A stretch of 64,000 bases of DNA from a virus (taxonomy: Duplodnaviria; Caudoviricetes): positions 1 to 64,000 of IMG/VR virus record IMGVR_UViG_2818991472_000001. One strand, 5' to 3'. Position numbers and translations under genes: made by a program. The notes beneath the pieces were generated by a model. The model worked only from the letters and a program-made list of their open reading frames with translations, had not been told where the DNA came from and did no database searches. Below are positions 16,977 through 26,763 of this stretch, one piece after another; positions within the stretch are counted from its first letter, which is position 1; each line of letters begins with the position of its first letter.

Positions 16977-19499
16977 TCACCGGACAGCGCCACCGGCAAC
17001 CGGCAGGCCCAGCAGGCTGCTCGGCCCCTGACGGCTGAGCCGGGCCGGGGCCGCGATCGTCAGGTCCGTGGTGAAGCTGCCGCCTTCCCCGAACTGGAAC
17101 TGGTGGGTCACGGTGGTGACGTAAGCCTGGAAGTCGAAAGCCGGGATCTTGATCAGCATCCCGGGCCACACCTCCGGCATGAAGGTGAGCGGGACCGAAG
17201 CCGAGTACTGGTACGCGAACTGCCGGAGGAACAGGAAGATGGCCGCGAACAGCTCGGCCTTGGGCCCTACCAGACCCGGCATCTCCTGGTAGTCCGGCCT
17301 GGCCCCGAACCGATCCTTGATCCAGGAGGACAGCTTCTGGGCCTCGTCGTCAGAAAGGTCCAGGCCGAAGAGCGCTGACCAGACGGCGGGGATGTCGATG
17401 TTCACCACGCCGGTGGTGAACAACGCCATGTTCTCGATGAACCCGAGGTTGCCCGACTCACCAGTGGCCACGTTGAACTGGTTGCCGTTCAGTGACGACA
17501 CCACCGCGAACTGATGCGTCACCAGGAAGTCGTCACTCCAGTTCACGGTGAAGTCCCGAACCTCGATGGGCTCGATCACCATGGTGGCGGCGGTGCCCCA
17601 CATCCCGTAGTAGTCCGGGTACCACGCCACCAAGTCGCCGTTCGGCGCGCTGCTGAAACTGCGCATGGTCGAGGTGAAGACGTTCTTGAGGTACGGCAGC
17701 AAGGGCTGATCGTTCAGGAGCGCCCGAGGCCCCGACAGGGCCTGGGACAGGAAGAAGTTCCCGTCGGTCTGCGTCGACATGACCGGTAGCCAGGCGTTGT
17801 CGCCAAACATCTTGTCGAATGGGTCGTCCGGGTTGTAGCCGGGGATCTGGTCGCCGGTCGTGAACTGGGGCGGTGTGGGCGCGCCAGTGGGGCTTCCGGT
17901 GCCGGTGGCAACGACTCCGCCTCCGTCGGTGGTGTAGGAGATCCGGGGCAGGAAGCCGCCGTAGTCCCAGTAGGAGGGGTCGTCCGCCGGGTTAGCGCCG
18001 ACCTCGTGGGGCTGGGCCCCCTGGCGGTGCGCGCCGATCGTCGACCGGCCGTCCCCGAGGGACATCTCCACGTGGTGGATCGAGTCCAGGGAGGAGCCCT
18101 TGAACACCAGCGCGCCCGGGGTGCGCAGGGCGACGTCGACCGTGACCTGCTGGCCTTGGTCGCGGCACCACTTCGCCTGGTCGGCCGCCACACGCGGCAG
18201 GTTGTAGAGGCTCCCCAGCGCGCGGAGGTAGATGCTCTGGACGAAGGAGGAGCAGTCCAGGCCCGGTGGCGGGGAGCCGAGCAGTACCGCTTCCTGAGTG
18301 CCGCCATACTGCTGGGTGTACGGGATGTCGGGCCACTTGTTGCACAGGTCGACGGCGGTCTGGGCGAGGACGAGACCCGAGGTCGCGCCCATCGGTCGGC
18401 TGGTGAGGCTGCTGGTGCCGGGAGAGGTCCCGCCGGGGCTGGAGGACATCGCGGACACCATGGCGGCAGCAGCACGCTGGTGGCGTCCGTAGGTCGCCTC
18501 GGGGTCCATGCCGGACACCTCGACCTTCTCGCACTGCTGGCCCAGGGTGAGCTTCGACGTGGGGCCGACCTTGTCGTCCCACTCCTTGAACCAGCGCTCG
18601 GCGGCGGTGGCCACGTCGGTGACCTGGGCGAGGCTCCCCCAGTAGTTGCCCGGCCTCATCTGGAAGATCCCGACGTTGCCGAAGAGGTTCGGGGTCTTCG
18701 AGTTGGGGTCGCTGCCCAGGGTGCTCTCCTGGATCGCCGCCATCAGCGCGGCGGTGATGGTCTCCGTTGCCGAGCCCCGCTTGCGGCCGACGTTGTAGAT
18801 GGTCTCTGCGTTGCGCAGCCCGTCAGCGGGGAAGGTCTCCCCGGCGTACGCGCCGTTCAGGACGTTCGACACGCCGCCTGCGCCCGAGCTGCCGCCGATC
18901 GAAGAGCCGCCGATGGAGGCCAGCATCTGCCGGACTTGCTTGTCGGCGGCGTCGACCTGGTCGTTGACCTGCTTGGCGAGCTTCTCGACGACCTTGAACC
19001 AGTTGTCGGGGATGCGGGCGATGTGGACCTTGTGCTCGGGCCAGCCCACGACCTTCTTCAGGATCGTGAGGATCACGTTGGTCATGCCGCCGTCGCTGAT
19101 CCCGCTGTCCTTCCGGGCGTCGATGAGGGCCTGGTTGACCATCAGCTGCGATGCTTCGGAGTAGCTGTCCCAGTACCAGTACTGCAGGCGCTTCAGTGAA
19201 CAGGAGGCGGTCAGGTTGACGACGCGGGGCCACGCGGTCACCAGTGGGACTGAATTCAGGTAGCCGGTGAAGACCTGCACCCACTGCAGCCGCTTCATCT
19301 GGACGGCGATCCGATCGTTCGGGGTGAAGATGCGGTCGTACTTCCGTCGGGCGTTCTGCAGGGAGAAGGAGAAGGTCGACACGCCATCGCTTCGCCGGAC
19401 CAGCGTGCCGGTCACCAGGTCGTCCGAGACGTCCACGATGCCGTTGTGTTCGGTGTGCACGTACACCTTGACGCCAGGGGCGTAGAGAAACTGGGGCAT
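16977..19499 (-). CDS. baseplate hub with inserted lysozyme-like and NlpC/P60 peptidoglycan hydrolase domains
   Basis: Hub-like N- and C-termini; AAIQESTLG..GIFQMRP (lysozyme-like); GLDCSSFVQ..LPRVAADQ..PGALVF..HHVEM (NlpC/P60). Confidence 0.85.
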   Translation of the reverse strand: MPQFLYAPGVKVYVHTEHNGIVDVSDDLVTGTLVRRSDGVSTFSFSLQNARRKYDRIFTPNDRIAVQMKRLQWVQVFTGYLNSVPLVTAWPRVVNLTASCSLKRLQYWYWDSYSEASQLMVNQALIDARKDSGISDGGMTNVILTILKKVVGWPEHKVHIARIPDNWFKVVEKLAKQVNDQVDAADKQVRQMLASIGGSSIGGSSGAGGVSNVLNGAYAGETFPADGLRNAETIYNVGRKRGSATETITAALMAAIQESTLGSDPNSKTPNLFGNVGIFQMRPGNYWGSLAQVTDVATAAERWFKEWDDKVGPTSKLTLGQQCEKVEVSGMDPEATYGRHQRAAAAMVSAMSSSPGGTSPGTSSLTSRPMGATSGLVLAQTAVDLCNKWPDIPYTQQYGGTQEAVLLGSPPPGLDCSSFVQSIYLRALGSLYNLPRVAADQAKWCRDQGQQVTVDVALRTPGALVFKGSSLDSIHHVEMSLGDGRSTIGAHRQGAQPHEVGANPADDPSYWDYGGFLPRISYTTDGGGVVATGTGSPTGAPTPPQFTTGDQIPGYNPDDPFDKMFGDNAWLPVMSTQTDGNFFLSQALSGPRALLNDQPLLPYLKNVFTSTMRSFSSAPNGDLVAWYPDYYGMWGTAATMVIEPIEVRDFTVNWSDDFLVTHQFAVVSSLNGNQFNVATGESGNLGFIENMALFTTGVVNIDIPAVWSALFGLDLSDDEAQKLSSWIKDRFGARPDYQEMPGLVGPKAELFAAIFLFLRQFAYQYSASVPLTFMPEVWPGMLIKIPAFDFQAYVTTVTHQFQFGEGGSFTTDLTIAAPARLSRQGPSSLLGLPVAGGAVR

Positions 19500-19513
19500 G
19501 TGGCGGCCACCTC

Positions 19514-19548
19514 CACCCCTTCACGGGGCGGAGGTGGTGAAGTGACAG
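19514..19548 (-). promoter_or_regulatory. bipartite late motif
   Basis: CACCCCTT-N22-GACAG. Confidence 0.7.
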
Positions 19549-19560
19549 TGCCTTCACTGA

Positions 19561-19584
19561 AAAGTGTTCCGCGCGGAACACTTT
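19561..19584. repeat. parS-like palindrome 1
   Basis: perfect 24-bp palindrome AAAGTGTTCCGCGCGGAACACTTT. Confidence 0.75.
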
Positions 19585-19606
19585 CGACAGGGGAGGGGGC
19601 CAGGGC

Positions 19607-19632
19607 AAAAGTGTTCCGCGCGGAACACTTTT
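19607..19632. repeat. parS-like palindrome 2
   Basis: perfect 26-bp palindrome AAAAGTGTTCCGCGCGGAACACTTTT, 47 bp from copy 1. Confidence 0.75.
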
Positions 19633-20282
19633 CAGTAGCCGTACCGTATGTTCGGCGGCGTTCCCTCGTTCGGCCCGGGGGTCGGGCTGACCAGATCGCC
19701 GATGTCCGAGCCCGTCCCGCCGGACGGGTTGATCACGGTGGTGTACCCGCCCGAGGGTGCGCTGTCGCCCCCGAGCTGGACCCCGGTCGGCCAGAAGTAG
19801 CGCATATCGGCGTCCGCAGATGTCCCGAGCACCGCCTGCGAGGGGGTGAAGGTATCGGGGTCCTGGGGTTCGCGAGTGGTCTCGAAGACCACCGACGGGG
19901 TCCAGATGATCCCGCCGACCTTGTCCCCCCACTCGATCCCGCGCAGCGGGACTCCCTCTCGGTCGAAGCTGCGTGCAGCGATCAGCACGCGCATGGGGGT
20001 GACCAGACCGGCCCGGCCGGGGTCCATGATGAGGTCGGCGTAGCTCTGCATCCAGTCAGAGAAGGCTGTCCGTTCATCGACGCCCACGAGTAGGGGCTGG
20101 AGGGTGAACTGGGCGGGGGCGGAGCGGTGCGGGTAGTAGGCCCGCCGGTTTCGGCCGGATGACTCGGCGGCGACCATCACGGCACCATGACTCAGCCCCG
20201 CCACGCGCAGCCGGTACTGCCGGGCTGTTCCTCCGGAGCCGTAGGACAGGCTGCAGTTCAGCCCGCGTCGTGAATCCGCCAC
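19632..20282 (-). CDS. tail/baseplate protein (tube-initiator-like)
   Basis: 216 aa ORF between tape measure and hub. Confidence 0.55.
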   Translation of the reverse strand: MADSRRGLNCSLSYGSGGTARQYRLRVAGLSHGAVMVAAESSGRNRRAYYPHRSAPAQFTLQPLLVGVDERTAFSDWMQSYADLIMDPGRAGLVTPMRVLIAARSFDREGVPLRGIEWGDKVGGIIWTPSVVFETTREPQDPDTFTPSQAVLGTSADADMRYFWPTGVQLGGDSAPSGGYTTVINPSGGTGSDIGDLVSPTPGPNEGTPPNIRYGY

Positions 20283-20349
20283 GCCTTCACCTCACCTTCA
20301 GCGTGAACTTCTGTGATCGTCTCGTCCTTCACCTGGCATGGCCTGCGCT

Positions 20350-20589
20350 TCAGGTCCACTCCCGGTCGTGGTCAGCGGCCTCGGCGGCAGGGGCGTCCTC
20401 CTGGAGAGCCGGATCGTACGGGGCGTAGGTCGGTCTGGAGATCCGCTCCCAGTCGGCCTGGCTGAGGTCCGGCCACAAGCCGTTCAGTGTCATCGTGAAA
20501 CCGGTCATGGGCACCAGCCCAACCAGGTCCGGAGGCAGGGGCTGCGGCATCGAGACGGGGACGTCCGCTCCCCACTGGCTGTCCGTCAT
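20350..20589 (-). CDS. small tail-region protein (79 aa)
   Basis: ATG20589 overlaps upstream stop (ATGA) with GGGAGG RBS; MTDSQWG...DREWT. Confidence 0.6.
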   Translation of the reverse strand: MTDSQWGADVPVSMPQPLPPDLVGLVPMTGFTMTLNGLWPDLSQADWERISRPTYAPYDPALQEDAPAAEAADHDREWT

Positions 20590-21224
20590 CCACTGCCTCC
20601 CTTGGTGATGCTGTCGAGGATGCCGCCGTTGAACTCGGACTGCCGCCAGCCGACACCGGCGGAGATTCGCTCGATGTAGCTCGCGATGGCCTGTGCCTGG
20701 GCCTCCTGGAAGCCCCCTTGGGACGATCCGGCCTTCACGATGACGTCCGACCCGGCCTGTACGGGGAAGAGCGTCAGCTGGTAGCCATGAGCGAACTTGG
20801 CGGTGCGGTGCTCGATGCTCCCGTCGCCGTCGACCTCCTGCACGGCCTTGAGGTACACCTGCCAGCGCCAGCCCCGAGCCGGGTAGGAGAACGTCGCGGG
20901 CTCGTGCATGCGGCCGGTGGTCGTGGCATCCCGGGACTGGTACTGCATGATGGCGCGGCACTGGGAGACGAACTTCTCCGCCAGTCGCCACGACACACCG
21001 GGGTGATCGCTCTGTCCCGGTGCAGCTCGTCCCTGGCTGCGGTCCTCTCCGAGCTGGCCGACGATGACCAGGTCGGAGAGCGTGGCGCCGGTGATCTGGA
21101 CCACCCGGCCGCCGACTGTGTCGGTCACCGAGGTGTGGATCTGGAAGCCCCAGTCGATCTGCTCCGGGTTGATCCGGAAGACGATCTGGGGGCCACCGGT
21201 GAAGCCGAGGGATGCGAGAGCCAT
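20586..21224 (-). CDS. baseplate tail-tube initiator (gp48/54-like)
   Basis: FRINPEQI..T.TVGGRVVQ..G tube-fold motif right after tape measure. Confidence 0.6.
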   Translation of the reverse strand: MALASLGFTGGPQIVFRINPEQIDWGFQIHTSVTDTVGGRVVQITGATLSDLVIVGQLGEDRSQGRAAPGQSDHPGVSWRLAEKFVSQCRAIMQYQSRDATTTGRMHEPATFSYPARGWRWQVYLKAVQEVDGDGSIEHRTAKFAHGYQLTLFPVQAGSDVIVKAGSSQGGFQEAQAQAIASYIERISAGVGWRQSEFNGGILDSITKGGSG

Positions 21225-21225
21225 C

Positions 21226-23451
21226 TCAGCCTCCGGTCGCGGGCATCGACGGGAAGGTGGTGTTCGGGTTGGTCGGCGGGGTCGCGGACGCCGCAGCTCC
21301 GTTGGTGCCGCTGGTGTCGAGCAGCATGAGCAGCCGCTTCGCCTCCTGGGTCAGGCCGATCGTGACCCCGCCGCCCGGTGCGGCGTTCTGCTTCTTCCAG
21401 TCGTCCAGGGACTGGCCGCTGTCGTCGGTGGCGTTGGCTTCCGCCTTGAAATCACGCAAGGGGTCGATCTTGTCGCCGCCGAGGATGTCCTTGACGGTCT
21501 GCCCCCGGCCGTTGCTGTCGAGGATGACGGCGTCGCCCTGGGCCAGCTCGTTCCGGTGGTTGGTGACGGCGTCCTCCAGGGAGACGACTCGCTTCTTCCC
21601 CCCGGCGGTGGTCACCACGACCTGGGTCTTCCCGTCGTCCTTGACCTTGCCCAGCAGGGCCTCGACCACGGGGTCCATGTTGCCACCCGTGATCTTGTCC
21701 ATAGCCCACTTGCGGTACGCCTCGTCGGCGGCCGTGTTCCCCAGGTTGATCGGGAGTACCGCCGTGCTCTGACCAATGGCCGGGTTGTAGTTGTCGTTGC
21801 CGCCTCGGTTGATGCCCTCGACCACCTTGTTCTTCTTGCTGGTCTCGGCCTGGTGCTTCTTGTCGGCGTCGCTCAACTCCTGCTTGGCTGCGCCTGCCAG
21901 CCCGCCCTGGGACTTGGCCGCGATCTGCCGCACGACCCAGCGGGCGGCATCCAGCGGCTGCTCGGCGCCCTTGGGAAGGACGAGCGTCAGCGCGGCCACC
22001 AGGTCGTAGGCCACCGGGTACCAGGTCGTCAGCAGACGGCTGGCGATGTCGTCTACCTCGGCGTCGGACAGTGCCTTCTTGCCGCTGACCTTGAGCTTGT
22101 TGGTGATCTCCTTCTCGACCCACTCCTGCACGCCGGGCTTCAACGCGTTCCCCGTGACCAGGCTGTCCAGCTTGCCCTGCGCACTCGCCTGGACGTCTGC
22201 GGACGCGAGGTACTGGGAGGGCGTCACTCCGGCGACGGAGGACGCGAGGAGGGTATAGCTGGAGCCGAGCCGGTTGGAGAAGTCCGTGTCCTGGAACGAG
22301 CGGCCGAGAGAGGTCTTCAGCTGCTGCTGCAGCCTGGCGGCATCGACCGCCGTGTTGCCGCCCATGCCGTTGGAGGCCGCCGTGCCCACCAGGTTGGTGA
22401 ACTCCGCGCGTGCCATCTGCGCGTTGATGCCCGCCTTCCCCGCAGAGTCGCTGACGTCCTTCAGGGCGTCGGAGAGCTGCTTGAAGTTCGTGACGGCGGC
22501 CTTGCTGACAACCTGAAGCGTCTGGAGTGATTCACCGACGCTCGCGCCGTAGGCCGTCTTGCCGTGGTAGATCATGTTGAGCGCGTCCTGGCGCCCGGGG
22601 CCGCCCTCCACCTTCGAGTTGTAGCCGAGCTTGGTCACCCCCTTGAACGCCTGGCGGGCCTCGTCGCTGGAGAACACACCGAGCGTGCTCCACCGGTACG
22701 CCTCCTCGTGGAGCCGCTCCCCGAAGCCCGCGAAGTTCGAGCCGCCCTCCACGCTCTGGTAGAACGCATTCTTGTCCCGCTGAGACCTGATCTCAGCCGG
22801 GATCTGGCTCCCTACGGCGATTGCGGCACCCGCCACAGCCCCCCACGGGCCGAACCGGGCGGCGAGCAGCGAAGGCGCGTTCTGCTGCACCCACTGCCCG
22901 ATCCCGGAACCGCCGGACCAGCTACCGCCCACCCCGCCACCGCCACCGCCGCCACCGCCGCCACCGCTTGATGGCGAAGGTGGCGGCGTGTAGGGGTACG
23001 GGCCCTGCTGCCCCTGCGCTCCCGGCATCATCCACGGCATGCCGCCGACGACTGTCATGGGATGGCCGCCCACGCCCGGCCACGGCGTGGACGCGGGCCC
23101 GGCTGGGGCCGCAGGGGTTTGAGGAGCAGCCGACGCTCCAGCCTGGCCGCGCTGGGGCTGGTTAAGCAGCACCTGGGATGTGAAGCGCTGCGCCTGGGCC
23201 TGGAACCACCCAACCGTAGGCAGGAGAGGGGCCTGCGGGATGCGACCACCCATCAGGGCCTGGACCAGCGCCATCGCTCCGCCCGCAGGGCTCGCTGGCG
23301 GCCCGCCCGGGGTAGGCCCGTACGTGCCCTGCATGTGCACCAGGGCCTGGAGCGTCTGCTGCATCTGCCGGGTGGCAGCCATCTGAGCCTGGGTGCTGGC
23401 GAGCAGTGCCGCGAGCGCAGGCGGCGTGTTCGGAGGCGGTGGAGTCGCCAT
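21226..23451 (-). CDS. tape measure protein
   Basis: Follows frameshifted chaperone; Ala/Gln-rich helical body with Pro/Gly-rich N-terminus; ATG23451 coupled to upstream stop. Confidence 0.65.
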   Translation of the reverse strand: MATPPPPNTPPALAALLASTQAQMAATRQMQQTLQALVHMQGTYGPTPGGPPASPAGGAMALVQALMGGRIPQAPLLPTVGWFQAQAQRFTSQVLLNQPQRGQAGASAAPQTPAAPAGPASTPWPGVGGHPMTVVGGMPWMMPGAQGQQGPYPYTPPPSPSSGGGGGGGGGGGVGGSWSGGSGIGQWVQQNAPSLLAARFGPWGAVAGAAIAVGSQIPAEIRSQRDKNAFYQSVEGGSNFAGFGERLHEEAYRWSTLGVFSSDEARQAFKGVTKLGYNSKVEGGPGRQDALNMIYHGKTAYGASVGESLQTLQVVSKAAVTNFKQLSDALKDVSDSAGKAGINAQMARAEFTNLVGTAASNGMGGNTAVDAARLQQQLKTSLGRSFQDTDFSNRLGSSYTLLASSVAGVTPSQYLASADVQASAQGKLDSLVTGNALKPGVQEWVEKEITNKLKVSGKKALSDAEVDDIASRLLTTWYPVAYDLVAALTLVLPKGAEQPLDAARWVVRQIAAKSQGGLAGAAKQELSDADKKHQAETSKKNKVVEGINRGGNDNYNPAIGQSTAVLPINLGNTAADEAYRKWAMDKITGGNMDPVVEALLGKVKDDGKTQVVVTTAGGKKRVVSLEDAVTNHRNELAQGDAVILDSNGRGQTVKDILGGDKIDPLRDFKAEANATDDSGQSLDDWKKQNAAPGGGVTIGLTQEAKRLLMLLDTSGTNGAAASATPPTNPNTTFPSMPATGG

Positions 23452-23882
23452 CAGGTCCACTCCCTGTCGGTCGGGTCATCGGCGAGCACAGGGGCATCAG
23501 CAGGGTCGTAGGTGTCCCTCACGGTCACTCGCCGGTTGTTCGACATGGCGGCCTGCATCCGGTCCCAGTCGGAGATGCTGGCGCTCTCGTCCCAGTCCAC
23601 TCCGCTGTAGTCGAAGTCCACGTCGTCGTCGTTCTCCGGCCGCCACTCCCGGACCTCGTCCGCGAAGACGCGCTCCGGGTCGACGCCTGCGGCCACGAGG
23701 GCGCGCTTCAGCGCCTCACGGTCCGCGCGGGCGGCCTTGAGGCCGTCGGCGAAGTTGAGCAGGTCGGCCGCCAGGGCCTGGACGGCGGAGGGCCGACGGA
23801 CGTTCAGCAGACCCCGGCGCTCGGCTACTCGGAGGCGCCGTTCGAGCCAGGGGTCGAGTCCGTCGGCCCGAAGGCTTTTCCC
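23451..23882 (-). CDS. tail assembly chaperone, -1 frameshift extension (gpGT-like)
   Basis: Open -1 frame entered at GGGAAAA; no independent RBS/start. Confidence 0.75.
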   Translation of the reverse strand, partial: GKSLRADGLDPWLERRLRVAERRGLLNVRRPSAVQALAADLLNFADGLKAARADREALKRALVAAGVDPERVFADEVREWRPENDDDVDFDYSGVDWDESASISDWDRMQAAMSNNRRVTVRDTYDPADAPVLADDPTDREWT

Positions 23883-24370
23883 ATGGCCTCGACCACCTGA
23901 GCCACCGTGTGCTCCAGCTCCAGGAACTCCTGGAACACCTGGGCGATGGTGAATCCGAACCAGTTCTTCTTCACGTAGTTGAAGCGGGCATGGGCCCACT
24001 CCGCGAGCTGGGAGTCCTCTCCGATGGGTGTGGGAAGCTCCTCGCCGTCCACGGACACGGTCGCCAGCGCCGCGATGGCGGTGGTGTAGGCGAGCTGCTC
24101 GCCCGCAGTCCCGACGTACGGCTTGACCAGGAGAGCGATGGCGAGCTGTTCGTCAGGGCCGAGGGTGCGGAGCACGAAGGAGTGCCCCAGCCACGTGAAA
24201 GTCTTCGTGAGCGCACCGAGGTACAGGAGTCCCTCGAAGGGCTCGGTGTGCCGCTGGTCGAACGTCGGCAGCACGTTGCCGTCGCTGTCCACCAGCGCCC
24301 CAGCCGGAGGAACGCGGTCGGGGGCCCCTGGCCGGACGCTCGCCGGGTCGTACGTGCCGTACTCGCCCAT
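23825..24370 (-). CDS. tail assembly chaperone (gpG-like)
   Basis: ATG24370 overlaps tube stop; between tube and tape measure; ends ...AMGKA at slippery site. Confidence 0.8.
   Translation of the reverse strand: MGEYGTYDPASVRPGAPDRVPPAGALVDSDGNVLPTFDQRHTEPFEGLLYLGALTKTFTWLGHSFVLRTLGPDEQLAIALLVKPYVGTAGEQLAYTTAIAALATVSVDGEELPTPIGEDSQLAEWAHARFNYVKKNWFGFTIAQVFQEFLELEHTVAQVVEAMGKAFGPTDSTPGSNGASE
23876..23882 (-). other. programmed -1 ribosomal frameshift site G GGA AAA
   Basis: XXXYYYZ heptamer in correct phase; frames of the two ORFs differ by -1. Confidence 0.85.
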
Positions 24371-24876
24371 CACGCCCCCAGCCGGGTCGAGTGGGTGTAG
24401 GCAGCAACGATGGGCTTGGCGACGTCCAGGCCGCCGACGGTGATGGTGTCGCCGTCGGCGATGTCCACGATCGTGCAGTTGTGGTACGTCTTCCCGCGCC
24501 AGCGCGACGGGTTGTTCTCGGTGCCTGGCGGCTTGATGATGGTCTGCGCGGTTACAGCATTCGGCGTCGAGGCGAGCCTGTCGAAGATCTCGACGATGTT
24601 GTTCGTCCCGCTCATGTCGGCCAGCTGCTCCCAGATCGCCTCGTTCCACAGCTCCTGGATCGTCATCTGCAGCGTGCCCAGGGACAGCACCCGGGAAGTC
24701 GCGATCTCCACCGGGGTGCGACTGCCGAGCGGGTGGATCGCCGCGTACGCCTGCCCCTTGTCGCTCCAGGCCCGCTGGCCAGAATCTTCCACGCTGAGCA
24801 GGAACGCGATCGGCCTCCCGGCCCACGAGAAGACGCTGTACCCCGATCCGGTGACCCTCGCCTGTGTTGTCGGCAT
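24370..24876 (-). CDS. tail tube protein
   Basis: ATG24876 with AGGGGAG RBS; IHPLG...P.EI, GTL...ELW, YHNC.I tube motifs. Confidence 0.75.
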   Translation of the reverse strand: MPTTQARVTGSGYSVFSWAGRPIAFLLSVEDSGQRAWSDKGQAYAAIHPLGSRTPVEIATSRVLSLGTLQMTIQELWNEAIWEQLADMSGTNNIVEIFDRLASTPNAVTAQTIIKPPGTENNPSRWRGKTYHNCTIVDIADGDTITVGGLDVAKPIVAAYTHSTRLGA

Positions 24877-24903
24877 CGCCGCTCCCCTGTTCAGAACCCC
24901 TGT

Positions 24904-24938
24904 CACCTCTTGAGGGGCCGCAGAACAGGGCGAGACAG
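24904..24938 (-). promoter_or_regulatory. bipartite late motif (variant)
   Basis: CACCTCTT-N22-GACAG upstream of tube gene. Confidence 0.65.
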
Positions 24939-25098
24939 GGCAGCGGCGCGGTCAGGTCGGAATGCCGGTTCTGCGCAATAGGGATGGCGCGTGGCGGTAT
25001 CGTCCCAACGGGCACTGCACCAATGCTGGGGCGGTTCGGACCGCACACTTCAGCACGGAGAGAATGAGTGCCCCGCTGCCAACCATGAGGACCCATCT

Positions 25099-25932
25099 AT
25101 GACGATCACCCTCCCCGAACCGGCCGCACCACCCGACGAGGAAAGCACCGAAACCCGTGTGATCACGGTCGGTGTTCTCAAGGGGGGAACCGGGAAGTCC
25201 CGCCTGGCCATGCTCATCGCCCTCATCCTGGCCGTCGTCTTCCGGCGCCGTGTGGTCGTCTTCGATGCCGACTCGGCCAGCCAGACGTCGATGAAGTGGA
25301 TGGACAAGGCGAAGCTCCGTGGCTACGCATGGCCCTTCGAGGTCATCCGGCACCCCTTCGAGACCCTGGACCAGGAGATCGACAAGATCCGGGCCAGGGG
25401 CGATGTGGATGACATCATCGTGGACGTCGGCGGCGGCAACCTCGCCTCGTTCCTGGCAGCGGTCAGGCGCTCGAACATCCTCCTGGTCCCCCTGTGTCCC
25501 GACGAGGGGGACATCGAGCAGGCCCCGCAGACCCGGGAAGCGGCTCTCATGGGCGCCGCACGCAACACCGTCGGCGGCGTGGTCATGTTCTACCTTCTCA
25601 ACCGGTGCAGCATGACCAGCAACGACCGAGTCAGCGCCCGCAACGTTCTCCTCGACGAGCGCCAGGCTGACGGCCCGTTCCCGCTGTGCGACATCGAGTT
25701 GCCGCAGCTGGTTGCCTACCAGCGTTCCTTCGGACGCATCCCGGGGCAGAAGGTGCCCGACGATGCTGAGGACCACATCCGCTGGAAGGACCTGAGCAAC
25801 TTCGCCCCCCTCCTGATCGAGACTGGTGTGCTCACTGCTCAACAAGCCGTCGATGCCAGTCTGATCACCCACCGCGAGCTGAAGGACGCCAACATCTTGA
25901 CCCCCGAAGAGCTTGAGGCGGTGACGGTCTGA
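25099..25932 (+). CDS. parA: ParA family partition ATPase
   Basis: Deviant Walker A KGGTGKS, VVVFDAD, IIVDVGG; ATG25099 with GAGGA RBS. Confidence 0.9.
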   Translation: MTITLPEPAAPPDEESTETRVITVGVLKGGTGKSRLAMLIALILAVVFRRRVVVFDADSASQTSMKWMDKAKLRGYAWPFEVIRHPFETLDQEIDKIRARGDVDDIIVDVGGGNLASFLAAVRRSNILLVPLCPDEGDIEQAPQTREAALMGAARNTVGGVVMFYLLNRCSMTSNDRVSARNVLLDERQADGPFPLCDIELPQLVAYQRSFGRIPGQKVPDDAEDHIRWKDLSNFAPLLIETGVLTAQQAVDASLITHRELKDANILTPEELEAVTV

Positions 25933-26762
25933 TGGCCAAGGGACAGATGCTGCCCCCTAGCACGGGCGCGCCTCTCGAAGTGACGCCCGAGTTCGTAGAG
26001 CAGGAGGCCCGATCGGGCGCGGCCTCCGGCTCCAAGGCCAACGCGAAGCAGCCTGCCAAGGTGGTCAAGGCCAGCACCCCGGAGGAGGCCACCACTCCTC
26101 TGCCTGCTGTTGATGCCCCCCCGGCAGAGATCTGCGAGGTGGTCGACAAGGTCATCGCAGAGGCCAACGCCGAACTCGCGGTCAACCAGGCCACGGCCGC
26201 CATCATCTGGGTCAACAAGGTCGGCCCCGTGGTGCGGCTCGCCAAGGAGTCCGGCTCGTGGAAAGAGGCCGTCGACCCGGCTACCGACAAGGTCTACAGG
26301 AGCTGGATCAAGTGGGGTGACGACCGGGGCATCTCCAAGACCCATCTCTACCGGCTGGTCAAGGAGGTGCCCGTCTCCAAGGCCCTGGAAGGGGTCTACA
26401 CCGGCCAGCTGACCACCCGCCAGGTCGACTTCCTCTACACCGTCATGCGCAAGCACGGCGGGGAAGCCATGGCGGGGATGTGGCAGAAGGCGGTCGAGTT
26501 CGGCGGCCCGACCCTGGCCAACCTGGAGAAGGCCAAGCAGGCCCTCAACCTCTCGACCACCGCGTCCGACGACGAGGATGCCGACGAGCTAGAGGCGAAG
26601 AACGGCCGAATGCTGCAGTTGAAGGCAGTCCGGGTGGACTTCGACCCAGACCGCCTTCGCGCCGATGCGGCCCGCGATCCGAAGGCCGCCCGCGAGTACG
26701 CCGACCTTCTTGGGACCGTCCGCAACATCGTTCTCGAAGCCATCGGCCAGGACGCGCAGTAA
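25932..26762 (+). CDS. ParA partner, HTH centromere-binding protein (ParB-like, no recognisable CTPase motif)
   Basis: Translationally coupled to parA (TGATG); YRSWIKWGDDRGISKTHLYRLV HTH like Streptomyces plasmid partition adaptors. Confidence 0.7.
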   Translation: MAKGQMLPPSTGAPLEVTPEFVEQEARSGAASGSKANAKQPAKVVKASTPEEATTPLPAVDAPPAEICEVVDKVIAEANAELAVNQATAAIIWVNKVGPVVRLAKESGSWKEAVDPATDKVYRSWIKWGDDRGISKTHLYRLVKEVPVSKALEGVYTGQLTTRQVDFLYTVMRKHGGEAMAGMWQKAVEFGGPTLANLEKAKQALNLSTTASDDEDADELEAKNGRMLQLKAVRVDFDPDRLRADAARDPKAAREYADLLGTVRNIVLEAIGQDAQ

Positions 26763-26763
26763 G

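Noticed and set aside
19561-19632. CRISPR mini-array from the palindromic repeats
   Set aside because: Only pairs, unequal spacing, no cas genes or leader; better explained as parS-like sites
22925-22967. CCG/CCA microsatellite
   Set aside because: Encodes a poly-Gly linker in the tape measure protein
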